Assembly (NCBI GenBank): GCA_015680685.1 | Contig: MNCI01000807.1 | Span: forward strand, 175,996 to 239,995 | Reading direction: 5' to 3' | DNA from: Gnetum montanum | Lineage: Eukaryota > Plantae > Gnetophyta | DNA: 64,000 nt | Shown: positions 1-12,548 of the stretch, in pieces | How the letters are laid out: each line of letters starts with the position of its first letter | Numbering within the stretch: the first letter of the stretch is position 1 | The notes under the pieces: generated by a model | Databases searched by the model: none | What the model was told of the DNA's origin: nothing | The model's input: the letters and a program-made list of their open reading frames with translations, nothing else | Made by a program: the position numbers and the translations under genes

Positions 1-232
1 TTTATTGCCGGTCATGTGCGTGTCCAAGTACGGCACACTCGAATAAAGACACCGTACAATCACATTCACCACACTGCGGGCAGACACAGGAAAATTCTAA
101 CTCTGGAGGGATCAAACTGCCAGAGCTTTGCTACACTAAAACTGGGATCCCCAAACAAGGGAGAGCCGCCTCTTATTTATAGACATGGCGGTGGACTGCG
201 ATATCGCGGCCAACGTAGACCGCGTCTCATCA
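1..232 (-). mobile_element. Start of a young (CpG-intact) LTR related to the Athila-like LTRs in this window; runs off the left edge
   Basis: The minus strand starts TGATGAGA at 232 and has TATAAATA about 50 nt in. It aligns by eye with the element A LTR (agagttagaat...tgcccg...ctttattc...gcaataaa). CpG-rich. No PPT in front, so it is a 5' or solo LTR. Confidence 0.8.
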
Positions 233-634
233 GCGCATAAGCAAGTTGATGCAGGAATCTTATGTTGTACTCTTGGACATTTTTCCCAAATAGCTTCCTC
301 AAACTTGTGAAATTGTTTGATGCTCTAGCCAGGCTAGTAAACTTATCAAATTGGGGCAAGAACTTATTTTTGAATTCTTGCCATGAGTTAATGGAGGCAT
401 TAGGGAGCATAAAAAATCATTGGATGGCTTTGCTCCTAAAAGTTCTCACAAATACCCCATATGTTATGTCATTTTGTATAATGTTATCGATGCGTAGTAA
501 GGTTTCAAAACATTATATATGTTGGTAGGAATCACTAGTAGGGTTTGTGGGATTGAAAAACAAATTTATATTTTGGAGTGATTTTTGGATATCATGGTAG
601 TTAGTAAAGTTATCGCCAAGGGAACCAGGGGTTG
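233..634 (-). pseudogene. Retrotransposon gag remnant of an older gypsy element (Tat/Ogre-like); target of element A
   Basis: Reads ...YGVFVRTFRSKAIQ*FFMLPNASINSWQEFKNKFL..., a Retrotrans_gag-type motif. Its ATG lies on the other side of element A at 13438 (ATG GCA ACC AAT|CAA CCC after removing A and one TSD). Confidence 0.75.
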
Positions 635-639
635 ATTGG

Positions 640-1554
640 TGATGAGTCACATTTCTTGGCTGCATCAATGAGGCCTCATTGACTAGGCCTTGTTGAAAAG
701 GCCCCGTCGACACATCGTATCATGCATCGACAAGACCCCATCAACGTAGTGTCCACTTTTTGGCTATAAATACACATCCACCAACTGCATTTATGGCAAC
801 AAGATTTTAGTAGTAGTGAATCTCTTATAGTTTGTTCATTTTAGAGTTAGAATATTTGTCCTTAGTGCCCGTAGCAGGAATCATTAAGTGTATGGATCTT
901 TATTCAAGCATGATTATACCTGAGCATGATAGTGTGTGTAGCAATAAAGATATGCTTTATGATAAACCTTGCAGCACTCTGGATAGATTAAATATTTCAT
1001 TTATGCATTCAATGTTTTTAATTAATTCATTCATTAAATGTTTTTCAATAATTAAGCTAATGAAGTAATTAAGCAAGATAAGCCAAATAGATTAAACACA
1101 TAAGCATGACCACTTCAAGCATAACACGTATTCACTTGGTAATCCTAGTAGCGTTATTGCTTGGTATGCCCAGTAGCATAATGCTTGGTAACCTAGTAAT
1201 GGATACATAGGTTCAAGAAATGTGCAAAAAGTGGGACTAAATGCTTATGTTAGGATCGCTTAGATACTAGTTAATTAGTTAAATAAAAATAGCTAATCTA
1301 ATTACTTGTATCTCCCTTTAAACACCAAAACCATAAAATACAAAATGATAAAAATCAGATGCCTCAATTACACTTAACCATACGAGTGTATGTCACAAGT
1401 GTAATTGGGAAGACAACAAACTACCTTAAGGCAAGGTTCACTACCTAGAATACTAGTGTACCGAAAACTATAAAGTCCACAGAATTCGACTGGATCACGT
1501 GTGAATGCTCTATGATTTGTATGGTTGGACATAGAGGTACCTCACCACTCATCA
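640..1554 (+). repeat. Element A 5' LTR
   Basis: tgatgagtcacatttc...ccactcatca; TATAAATA near 765; colinear with 12549-13426. Confidence 0.95.
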
Positions 1555-1573
1555 TTGGCATCGTTGCCAAGGA
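1555..1573 (+). promoter_or_regulatory. Primer-binding site (tRNA-Asp type, Athila)
   Basis: ttggcatcgttgccaagga is a transition-decayed version of the Athila PBS TGGCGCCGTTGCCGGGGA, directly after the LTR. Confidence 0.85.
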
Positions 1574-1706
1574 CTTTGTTTGTTAAAACATGTGTTATCT
1601 AGGATTAGTGAATATTATTTATATCATTGGATGAACTCAAGGTCAACATCACTTACAATGACATATAAACTACTAGGCACATTGATAATTTTATTCATTT
1701 TGCAAA

Positions 1707-4700
1707 ATGTCTTCTTCTTCCCACAAACATGAAGATGTTAAACTACTAGTTTCACAGAAGTGCAAAGTGGTATATACTCATCTAGATGAGTATGTACTAG
1801 ACTTCACCTTCATCCTACATTAGGATGAATAGCTACGATGGCATGATATGGAGGGCAACATCATCTTGTCCCCCAATTGATTTGTACCCAAGATGCTACT
1901 TCAAATTCTTAAGAAGTTTGGCATCTCAAATCTTCACAAAGAATACATTGTCGATGGTTATGACACTTGGGACTATCATCCCACTAAAACAAAACATAGG
2001 TGAGATTAACACTAGGAGCAATACCATGAGTTTACAAAGGGGAAATACTTTAGTAATCCCTTGTTCCTACTAAACCAAGATGACAATGTGGATCCTCCTC
2101 CTAAGGATTCTCAATATGAAAATTCTTCACCCTTTGTTATTGGTGTTGAGGATGTGACCCTGAACTTGTGATCCACTATTCATAAGCTAGGTTCAGGAAA
2201 GAGTGATAGTCAAGGTAGCAACTTGGGAAAGCATTACAACGGCAAGGGATCTAAGGATGGTGGTCGTAATGAATGAAGAGGTGGTGGTAGACACCATAGT
2301 GGCAGTGGCGGTCCACCTTCCTCTTCATCCTCTTTATTTGATTTTGAACATTCCTCTTCATCTTCTGGTTCTCATAGAAGCCATCATCAGGATAATCATG
2401 GTGAAGGTAATCAACAAGACAACAATGACTGTGAAGGCCACTAAGACCGAAGGGGTGGTCGAAACCATCATCGATGTCATCGACGTAAATGATGATGAAC
2501 CTCTATTGACAACTAAAATCATGCTCAACATTGTAGAGGCAATAAATATTCCAACTAGGCATGTGAGAGATCACTAGATCAAGTACTTAGACATGAATAA
2601 TATCCTAAGATTTGAGGTGGGATACAACTCTAATCCACAGACACCTCTACAAGCTTTCCATGATTCCTATGCCTTACAAAACATAGAAAATGAATGGCAA
2701 AAAATGTTGCTCTTCCCTAGGACACTCATCAAGGAAGTTGAAATTTGGTACCAGTCCTTGGAACTGAAATCCAGTCATTGATGGAGTACCATGTTAGAGC
2801 TATTTAATGACAAATATCATATGTACTCCAAAGTGTCTAATCTAAGAAGGCAAATCCAAGGCTGGAAATAGAGAACACATGAACCCTTAGATGCCACCAT
2901 GGATATATACTATTCACTCTTACATTGATGCCTTGGCCATGGTTATTCTTAGAGAAAAAAACTTCACCACATCATAAATGGGCTCAGACCAAAAACTAGA
3001 AGAACTCTTGGGATGTATGCCCAAGGAAGATTTTCTGAACTAAGAGCTCATCAGATCCAAAGGCTAATTGAGAAAGTAGCAAAAGAAGAAGGTGAGTTGT
3101 GAGAAAGAGAGAGTGCAGAAGAGTATAATAGGGATCCTTCCATCAAGAAATGAGAGGTTCAATTTTGTGATGAGGAGGAGTCACCACTCGATGAAGTGAT
3201 GAATAGGAAAACCTTGTCCATATAAAAATTAATTTTTGATATTTTAATAAAGGTTGATAAATTATGGAACTCTCTTAATGAAAAATTCCAAGCTACTATG
3301 AAGATTGCTAAAGAATCCAAAGAGCAAAATAGTGATCGTAACTGTAGGAGGCAAAAAGAAGCTGAATGTGCCTACCAAAGAGGTAAGGGCAAAGTTGTGG
3401 CCATAGAGGAAGTTGTGGAAACTAACTCTGATGATGAAACTGATTGTGACATTTGTCATTATGAACATCCAAAGGGTTTTTGCCCTATGGTGTCATAGTT
3501 ACAAGAGTCTAGGGTGTATGCATTGAATCCTTAACTAGCACATAGGTAACACCTAGATGATTGCCTTATCCTCAAGGCAATCCAAGGCAGTTCCACCAAC
3601 AACAACAAGCTTATTACCCAAGTGAAGCTCCTCCACAACCTTATGAATAATACCAATAATGCTACTAACCAAAATCGTGAGGAATGCCACCGCCAAGGCA
3701 GTAGTACCCTTATAGGCAACCAAATCCATATGGGTAGGATGTTTAGAAATGCATCTCTCCAAGAAGTTATACAAGTCATACCTCATTTTAGCATCACTAT
3801 TACCCTCTATAGTACCACCAAACACATTCACCATCTACTTGAGGGAAAACCCATATCCATACCATCCTTCACATCCATCTGCACACACACCTCCACCTTC
3901 AACCTAGTTACCTCCTGCTCCACCCATACAAGGTGAGATTCCTTCACAGATGCAACAAAAAAATGCTATAAGGGTAGTACATTCACAACCAACTTTCCAG
4001 TCAAGTGATTCAAATAATCAATCCAAAAAAAGACCCTTCTTCTAACCCAACAATCCTCTACAACCCTCATAACCTAGTACAGCTAATCATCCTACATCTC
4101 CAATACCTTCATCCTCTATATCAAATACCTTTGAGTGTCCTTCAAACCAAATGTCACCTCAGATTCTGCTTACTCATGTTGTTTTCGACTAGATCAAGGC
4201 TGGAAATCTTTCCACGAAAATATCTAACCCAAGAAGTCCACTCATTTACCTGCAAATCGCTAGACATCAGCCATGTAAGGCTCTTCTTGACTCTTTTTTC
4301 AGAGTTAATCTCATCTCTCATCTCCCATGACATGTACAAGGCTTGGAACCTAAAACCTCTCAACAAGAGCAAGATCCATCTAGAATTGGTAAATCAATCA
4401 ATTATTGTCCCTCTAGGATTAGTAGAGGACATTATGATCACAATTTGTGGGTGATCCTATCCTACTAATTTTTTGGTGATCAAGGTTGAAAACTACAAAA
4501 TTGACTTCCCAATCATTATGGAAAGAGCTTGGTTACGCATGGTCGACGCACATATGGGCATAAGGAACCTCTCTCTAGAAATATCCAAAGAAAATGAATT
4601 TGGCGAGATAGAGAAGAAACATATTCCATGCATCATGTACAATGATAATAGGTGCAATTGTGTGCAAAAGATTTGGTCCATCAAAAGTACATACATTAAA

Positions 4701-7120
4701 GCATGCAATCAGTGTGCATAAGAAATCAATATTCAAAGGTGTCTGTATGTAGCAACCACAAAATAGGAGGGCACACAATGGCTGATACTTGACTCAAATA
4801 GTAACACATTATGAATGAAACCAACTGAGAGCCTAACATGTGCTTATGTTGAAGGCATGGATAAACTTAAACAATTTCATCTCCAACTCTCTGATAAAGA
4901 TGATGATACCTATTAGAGAGAGTTGAAAATCCCTGATAACTTCAAGCAAGAGCCCCCAGAGCTAAAAAAATTTACCAACTAGCATGGAATATGCATTTTT
5001 AAACAATGGAAAACTAGTCATAATTAATGCCAAACTTTCTCCTAAATAAAAAGAAAAACTATTAAAGGTGGTTAAAAAATGGCCAATAACTTTTGCTTGG
5101 TCATATCCTGAGCTAACAAGAATTGATCCAAAGATATGCCATCATCACATTTATACCAACCTAGCCATGAAACCTAGAAGGCAACCATAGAGGCAACTGA
5201 ACCCTAAATTGAAGCAAATTATCAAAGAGGAAATTCAACAACTCGTCAACACAAGGTTCATCTTTCCCATCACGGATAGTAAGTGGGTTAGCCCACTTGT
5301 AATTATGTAGAAGAAAGATGGCAAATGATGGGTCTGCATCAACTTCAGGTTGTTGAATATGGCAACATTTAAAGATCATTCTCCATTGTCATTTGTGGAT
5401 CAAGTGTTGAATACCATATTCGAACATTGTTATTATAGCTTCTTGGATGGCTATAGTAGCTATAACCAAATCCAAATTGCACTAGAAAATTAGGCCAAGA
5501 CAACATTCATGAGTCCCTAGAGAACTTTTACATATTGTAAGATGTCATTCAGTCTGTGCAATGCCCTTGCAACATTTCAATGCCTAGTCCTTAGTATTTT
5601 CCAACAGCAAATCAGTAATCATATGGACGTCTTCATGGATGACTTTTACACTTATGGAGCTACATTTGAGCAAGCCTTGGACTGCCTTGAGTAAGTACTA
5701 AAGAGATGTGTTGAAACAAATCTATGGCTTAACTGGCAAAAGAGCCATCTCATGGTCCAAGAAAGCATTGTATTAGGACATAGAATCACACAAGTAGGGA
5801 TTGAGGTAGACCCAGAAAAGATAAGGTTCATCCAAGGAATAACATGTTATCCAGAGATAATTAAAGATGTTTGATCATTCCTTGGCACATTGGCTACTAC
5901 CGATGATTCATAGATAATTTCTCTAAGATCACAAAACCATTGGTAGACCTTACAAAGAAAGATTCACCTTTCATCTAGACCAAGGAATGTGAACATGCAT
6001 TCCAAAAATTAAAGGAGAAACTCGTAGAAACACCAATCCTACAAGCACTAGACCAGTCCAAACCCTTCCACATCATGACGAATGCATCTAACTATGCCTT
6101 GGGATCAGTGCTCACATAGATGGATGATAAGAAATGCCCATACTACATCCACTATGTGAGTTGAAGCATTTTGGGAGCATAATTAAATTACACCACCACA
6201 AAAAAAGAACTAATGGCCATGATGTATGCTCTTGAAAAGTTTAGGTACTATGTGCTTAACTACAAAGTATTTATGCACATGAACTATAGTGCAATTTTCT
6301 TCCTCATAAATAAGCCAACAACAAGCCCTTGTATCATATGGTGACCTGTGATCCTACAGGAATTCAATCTCATGATAGTATATCAAAAAGGAACCAAAAA
6401 TGTGGCCACTGACAACCTTTCTTGCTTAGGATGGGATAGTAAAGAAGAGGAGAGTCCACTTTCTAATCAATTTTTAGACTAACTCCTTTTTATAAGAGTA
6501 CTAAATGATCAAACGCCTATAAAAACAACCTAGTATAATGGCATCCTCATCTATTTTCTTACTCAGAAGATGCCACAAGATCTTGACTTTAGAAAAAGGC
6601 AACAATTTCTCCATTGAGCCAAATATTTCATGGAAATCAATGGACACCTTTACAAGGTGTGCATCAATGGCCTAGTTCGTTGGTGTGTCCATAACAAAGA
6701 TTAACAATGTGTTCTCTATGATGCTCATGAAAACTAATTAGCGATCCTATCTTTGAAAAAGGTGCACAAGGCATTCAACAAGAAATGTCATGACCTCAAA
6801 ATAAGAAAAGTAAAACTTCAACCAAGAGATAATGTTTTCTCTTGGAACCCCACACATGTACCCCAAAAGGTAAAATTTCAAACATTGTGGGAGGGACCTT
6901 ATATAATTGATAAAACCTTTTCCTTAGGGGCCATGTTGATCTACAAGCCTAAAAGCCCAAATAAAAAGTAGTTGGTCAACATCCAATAAGTAAAACCTTT
7001 CCTTGAACCAAGATAAGCTAGTGCAACTACCACCTCAACAGATGGACAACCACGTTCCATTTTTCAAATCTCCTCCTTCCAACTCAATTATGGAGGAGAT
7101 GGCCATTCATGCTAATAATC
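1707..7120 (+). pseudogene. Element A gag-pol (gag, CX2CX3HX4C knuckle, protease, RT, RNase H, integrase with core deleted)
   Basis: Gag LLFPRTLIKEVEIWYQSL (~2710); knuckle CDICHYEHPKGFCP (~3445); protease ALLDS (~4280); RT YYSFLDGYSSYNQI and VFMDDF (5430-5645); RH NYTTTKKELMA and LQEFNL; IN C-terminus TLWEGPYII (~6885). Many stops. Confidence 0.9.
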
Positions 7121-8699
7121 CATATGGATTCTCAGTTTTTCTACTTTTTTTTCACATTTTTGATTTTTACAGCTTATTTATTTTACAAATTTTTAATTTT
7201 CATATTTTTCTAATTTCACACCATCGTTAGTACCTCTGAGCCTTTCTTGATTATTTTATACTTTCTTGTATATTTTATTTATTTTTTTTTAGTGTAACTT
7301 TTCACCATTTTTGCTGATAAAAGAGCTTTATTACCATAGGACACAATGTTGTTGTTGCTATTTACTAATGATGGTTTATGCTTAATGTTGTGATTGTCAA
7401 TGTTTGGTTTCTATTTTTGAATTCTAATGTCTGATGACTAACATGATTTATTTTTCATGGAATAGGTAGTAAGTCCACATCATCCACCCATCCAATAAAC
7501 TCTATGATTTTCTTTGTTCTAGGAATTTGAGGTCCCTTCCATTAAAGAAACTTTTAATGAATCAGTGACCTTGGTAATTCCAAAATTGGGAAGTTTTCAA
7601 AGGTTTGTAAAGAATGTGACTTTAAGGGGACTCAATACGCTTTGTACTCTTCTACTTACTTAAGTGCTTGAGTGTTTTTCATAGACTTCTTACCATTCCA
7701 TTTCAACCACTAATAGGAAGTCGAATAAAGTCTTTGCATGGTGTGGTTTCCATCCAAAAATTCAAAAAAATGATGGGAATTCAAAGGACATCCCTTAGAC
7801 ATAATAAACAAATAAATCTTTGTATGGTGTAGTTCCCATTTCAAAAAAAATAAAAAAAAAACATTATGGAAATTAAAGCATGCCTTGTAGACAAATAAAC
7901 AAGCTACAAGCACTAGTTATGGGACTAGAAAGACATGCACCCATGCTTGAAGGTTCCCTCTAACTAAGGCCCTCTCTCACTTCCTACTTCTCTCTTTTCT
8001 TCTCTTTATGGAATGATGGTTATTTTGTGAAAGCACTCTTGTGTCTTGTGTGGCTGGACCAGTCTTAGAGTGGTGATGCGAAGTCATTAGAAGTAGCTAG
8101 TTTTGGTATGGACTAAGGATGGATCTTCTTAGGTCATTTTAAACACAAATTCTATAAGGGACTTCTTATGATCTCAATTCGAAACTTCATTCCACCTTCT
8201 TTTCCATCATCCATCGATGCTACCATAACTCACCTCATTATCAGGTTCTATGTTATGCTCTATGTCTTGGTTTGATGTGTTTGAATTGTTGAATAGATTC
8301 TTTTTTTTTGGTCCTTAACTTTTCATGACCATTAATCAGCTATGGGGCCCATAGATTCCTTATTTGAGGTTATGCAAGGGCAACAAGGGCATGAGCCTAC
8401 TATGGGAAGGACCCATTTGCATACCTCTTGGATTGGTTATTGGGTTCCTTACCTTAGACATTGTTACAATCCTACTTTTCGCATATTCCATTATGTATTT
8501 CACTCAGTGCTCCTTAACCTTTTATTTCATTTATCCCCTGAATTATTTTTCTCCATTTTCCAAATTTATGAGCTTCAACACCCTCTTCTCATATTTTCAT
8601 ACTATTATTGGCCTTTTGAGCTTTTATTTAACCCTAATTTCATTCAAAAACTCTTTCTATTTTGCAAGTCTAACCAAAGTCAATGATCATCTACAATGG

Positions 8700-9219
8700 T
8701 CAATAGCTACATTAACGAGGCCCCATCGACAAGGGCTCATCGATGTAACTCAAAAACCCTATATATACTATTGTAAACTTTGAAACTTTTACCATTTTCC
8801 TCAACACACAAGGAGTTTTTGCCCCTTTTTAGACCCCAAAACCTTCCAAAGCCCTTAACTTTCCAACCATTTGTCTAAATCACTCCATTCTTTAATCCTA
8901 TAGTTACCAGAGATAAGATCTTTATCATGGGGGCTACAAACCTTAAGGTTTTAGATGAAGTTTTTGAAAATTTTCTAACTCCCCTAAAGAGTTAATAACC
9001 TTAACAATATACAAACATCAATTTTTTTGAAAGTTAACCCTTTCAACAACCTCCAGGATGATTTATTAATAATAACACATAAATAAAATAATGATTAGAG
9101 TAATTAAATCAACCATAATCACAACTTAGGCAAGTGTCACTATCCTACATAGATAAAGATATCTCAATTACTTCATGTTACACAACGATTGCTAACCCAT
9201 GATCTTATTATGATTACAA
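8700..9219 (+). promoter_or_regulatory. Putative internal promoter plus leader intron of the accessory ORF (element A)
   Basis: LTR-U3-like catcgac repeats at 8710-8750; TATATATA at 8760; decayed donor ag|ataag at 8913; branch gctaac at 9191; decayed acceptor (caa) abutting ATG 9220. Same layout in B and D. Confidence 0.6.
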
Positions 9220-12200
9220 ATGGCACCCCTCTCAACCAAGGGAGAAATAGCCCAAAGTTGGAAGGGGCCAACAAGAACAAGCCCAAGAACCTCCAAAGGC
9301 AACCCATGTAACGAAACCTCTTTGTGAGGAGCCCGAAGTGGAATTTGTTTGATAGATTCTAAAAGAATAAGTGCCAACAAAGTAATCACAATGAGGGAAA
9401 GTACCAAGACCCGTGCCAAGTCTTGAAGTTACTTTGAATCAAACTTACTTTGACATCATCAAGTTTCAAGAGATTCAATGCTCGGTTTTCTAAGAAATAA
9501 ACTTTTGGGCCATTTCTAGAGAAAGATCAAATAGAAGTCAAAACATAATTACAAACCTCTTCCATGTGGCCAATCATCACATCCAATAGAGAATGGTACA
9601 TGGGAGAGACATATCTCTTCTAGAACAATAGAAGGTCGAGGTCCACAGTAAAAATCAAAGATATTCAAGTGTCCTACTTAATCAAGGTTTTTGCATAGGC
9701 ACTAGAGTTACCTAATATTAGGACACAATTGGCTGAGCTATCAACAAAAGGTGATTCTAAAGCCAAAAAGGAGTGGACTCAGTGGTGTTATGGGGTCGAC
9801 CGTAAGGAGTACAATGTGCTCACACTGGTGAAATGCATCTACTTCAAAATTGTAGCTTATCACCTTAATCCAAGCCCAGCAAGGTGACCACTTTTTCCAC
9901 CTAATCATGTGCTACTCTAAATGGAAGATTTCGTATAAACCTTTCACAACTAATCTATTTGAAGATCGAAAAGCATTTCTCAAGGAAAACAACATGGAAG
10001 GAAAACCATATCCTTTTCATGCCTCATTTGGAAACTCTGCAGAAGAATAAGAATCATCTACTACGCCAATGACATAATTAGGCATGCTCCTTTAGCTTCA
10101 TGGTCTAAAATCATGAAAATAAAAGAAACCTACCATAACCAAAGAAGAGGAGCAACCACCACCTCCACCGCCTACTCAAGAAACAATGTCAGAGGGTTGT
10201 GTAGCCATTGAGTGCTTGTGCAAAATTTGAGAGCAACTCTTGCATGAGTAAGAGCAACATGCAAGGATGAGTAGTATAGACCCATATGTATATCAACCAA
10301 TAATAAGTCACCTTAATAAGGTGTCTTGAACAATCAGCCAAATGGAAAGCAATGGACCAATATTCACTACCCAATGAACATAGTTACCCATGAGGTCTGA
10401 TCCCAATGCTCGAGAGCTGATAGTGTTATTATCACAACACCATTTATTCTTAGAAATCTCTGATAATATCGCCTCCTTCTCGATGCTTTTGGAGGAAGAT
10501 GAAGGGTCCACTATACTAGTGATGTAGCACCAAGGGCAAGAGGCTACAGCTGAAGTAGTTGTTAACCACATCACTGAAGCACTTAATGCACCTGTGACAT
10601 CTATACCAGATGTATCTGCATTTCAAGATGTGTAAACATCCACAAGCATAGTTACCCATGAGGTCTGATCCCAATGCTCAAGAGCTGACAGTGTTATTAT
10701 CACAACACCATTTATTCTTAGAAATCTCTGATAGTGTCGCCTCCTTCTCGATGCTTTTGGAGGAAGATGAAGGGTCCACTATACTAGTGATGTAGCACCA
10801 AGGGCAAGAGGCTATAGCTGAAGTAGTTGTTAACCACATCACTGAAGCACTTAATGCACCTGCGACATCTATACCAGATGTATCTGCATTTCAAGATGTG
10901 TAAACATCCACAAGCATGGTTAGCAAAAAATTGAATGCAGCCCAACATGAAGAATTGTTGGATCGATTGGTGAGGATTGGGCAACCAATTCTAGATATCT
11001 TTGATTTTCTAGATAACATCACCGTAACCCAGTTAGAGTTGCTAGAAGCAAGGGGCAAATGCATCATCTTGGAGGGGCAACTCGAAATGGCTCAAGCACA
11101 AAATCAATGCTTGGCCATAGATGTTGTTGAATTATGTGCCTGTCTTACTGATCCTACACTCCTTATCCCAACAATAACCAGAGATGAAGCTTTCCAACAG
11201 CTTCAAGAATAACTTAAGAAAGTTGAGGAGGAATTAGTGATAACCATCTTCAACCAGTCCATAGCAAAGGCAAAGACATATTCAGTTTAGAAGGACTTGG
11301 TTTAGATGTGCCAGGAAAATGAAGCACTAATTGTAGAAAATCATCACCTACGCAATGTTGATGTTCAAAAAGAACAAATGCAAGAATTCATTTATCAACA
11401 GTAGGAGCAACTAGCTAGGGTGAATATGGAATTAAGGAAATTAGCTAGAGAAAATCAAAATCTGTCAATGGAAGAAATTTGTGCCTTATGCTAGAAATCT
11501 GCTATTGAGATTGCTACCTGGAAAAATGAAGCTTTGAAGTTTGAAAAAGTCAAAAATCACTATATAGACTAAGTTGGCCTACAGAAGGAAGTAAATGAGA
11601 AGCACATCTAGATGGCAAAGGCAAAAATAAACGAAGCTCACCAGTAACTTCAATAAGGAAAAGAAGTTTGGCCATTAATGGGATTGATGCCTACAACAAA
11701 GTAAAGATCCAACTAAAAGAGTTACAAATAGAAGAGATGATAGAACACGTGGAGTTGGCCAATCTCTGTTATGCAAACCTAGCAATGATGACTGCCAAAC
11801 GGTTGCAATAAGAGTTAGAAAAACAAGTGGCTAACTCATATTTGTTATACGAGGCAGAGTTTAAACACCATAAAAACACCAAGCAGAAGCTTGACACTAC
11901 AAATGCTAAACTCAAAGTTCTCAAAGCATGATTCACAAATCAATGATCAACTACTGAGAACTTAGCCAAAAGAATGAATGATTACCAGGAGTTGAAAGAT
12001 GCAGTCAGAACATTCAACATTGAATGCAAATAATTGGCTACCTAGTTTATCAATGCAAAGGAGCTCTTTCTAGCAATGTCATGTCCTTAGGATGTGCCCA
12101 TTCTGATGCACATTGACAAAGCTGCATGGATGGTGCATGATCCTAGAAGTAAGGAGGAGAAAATGAAAGCATTGCTAGATGCTTTCTACCTCCCACTAGA

Positions 12201-12355
12201 AGTTGTAGCAACAGTAGGATAGCCATAGCTACCTTGACCATCACACATGCATGAAGCCAGTGAAGGTCCCTCAAAACCAAGAGCCACCACCACCTGGGAC
12301 TGTCTAATCTTTTCCACCAAACTTCATGCCATCAAGGAATATGTTGTCTAATTTT
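9220..12355 (+). pseudogene. Element A accessory ('env-like') ORF: Transposase_32/ATHILA-ORF-like domain plus long coiled coil
   Basis: Colinear with 44270-47150 and 61973-59000. Motif ATLNGRFRINLSQLIYLKIEK...FSCLIWKLCRR, then a heptad-rich region at 10920-12100. Many stops and frameshifts; end approximate. Confidence 0.75.
10379..10917 (+). repeat. 268-bp tandem duplication
   Basis: Copies at 10379-10646 and 10647-10914 differ at about 6 transitions; junction microhomology cat(a/g)gtta. Confidence 0.95.
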
Positions 12356-12534
12356 GAAGAATCATGTTATGGTGTTCAATTTTGTGTCATGAACATTATC
12401 ATTTTTGTAATGTATTGATTTGTACACTCACGCACTCCGTTTTTGTCAAGTAAATCTCTTTTATTTGTGAAAGATTAGTCAATAATCTCATACCTTCCCA
12501 ATTTTGTAAAAGAACTCAAGGACAAGTTTTCATT

Positions 12535-12548
12535 CAATCATGGGGATA
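12535..12548 (+). promoter_or_regulatory. Element A polypurine tract region
   Basis: caatcatggggata immediately before the 3' LTR TG, preceded by the Athila-like ctcaaggacaag motif. Confidence 0.7.

Noticed and set aside
832-1068. Small repeated ORFs (also 12740-12943 and 34927-35109)
   Set aside because: They lie inside LTRs; the similarity is simply LTR duplication.
2203-2577. Longer track ORFs such as 2203-2577, 36193-36609 and 20699-21163
   Set aside because: They are alternative frames or fragments of low-complexity TE coding sequence, not independent genes.
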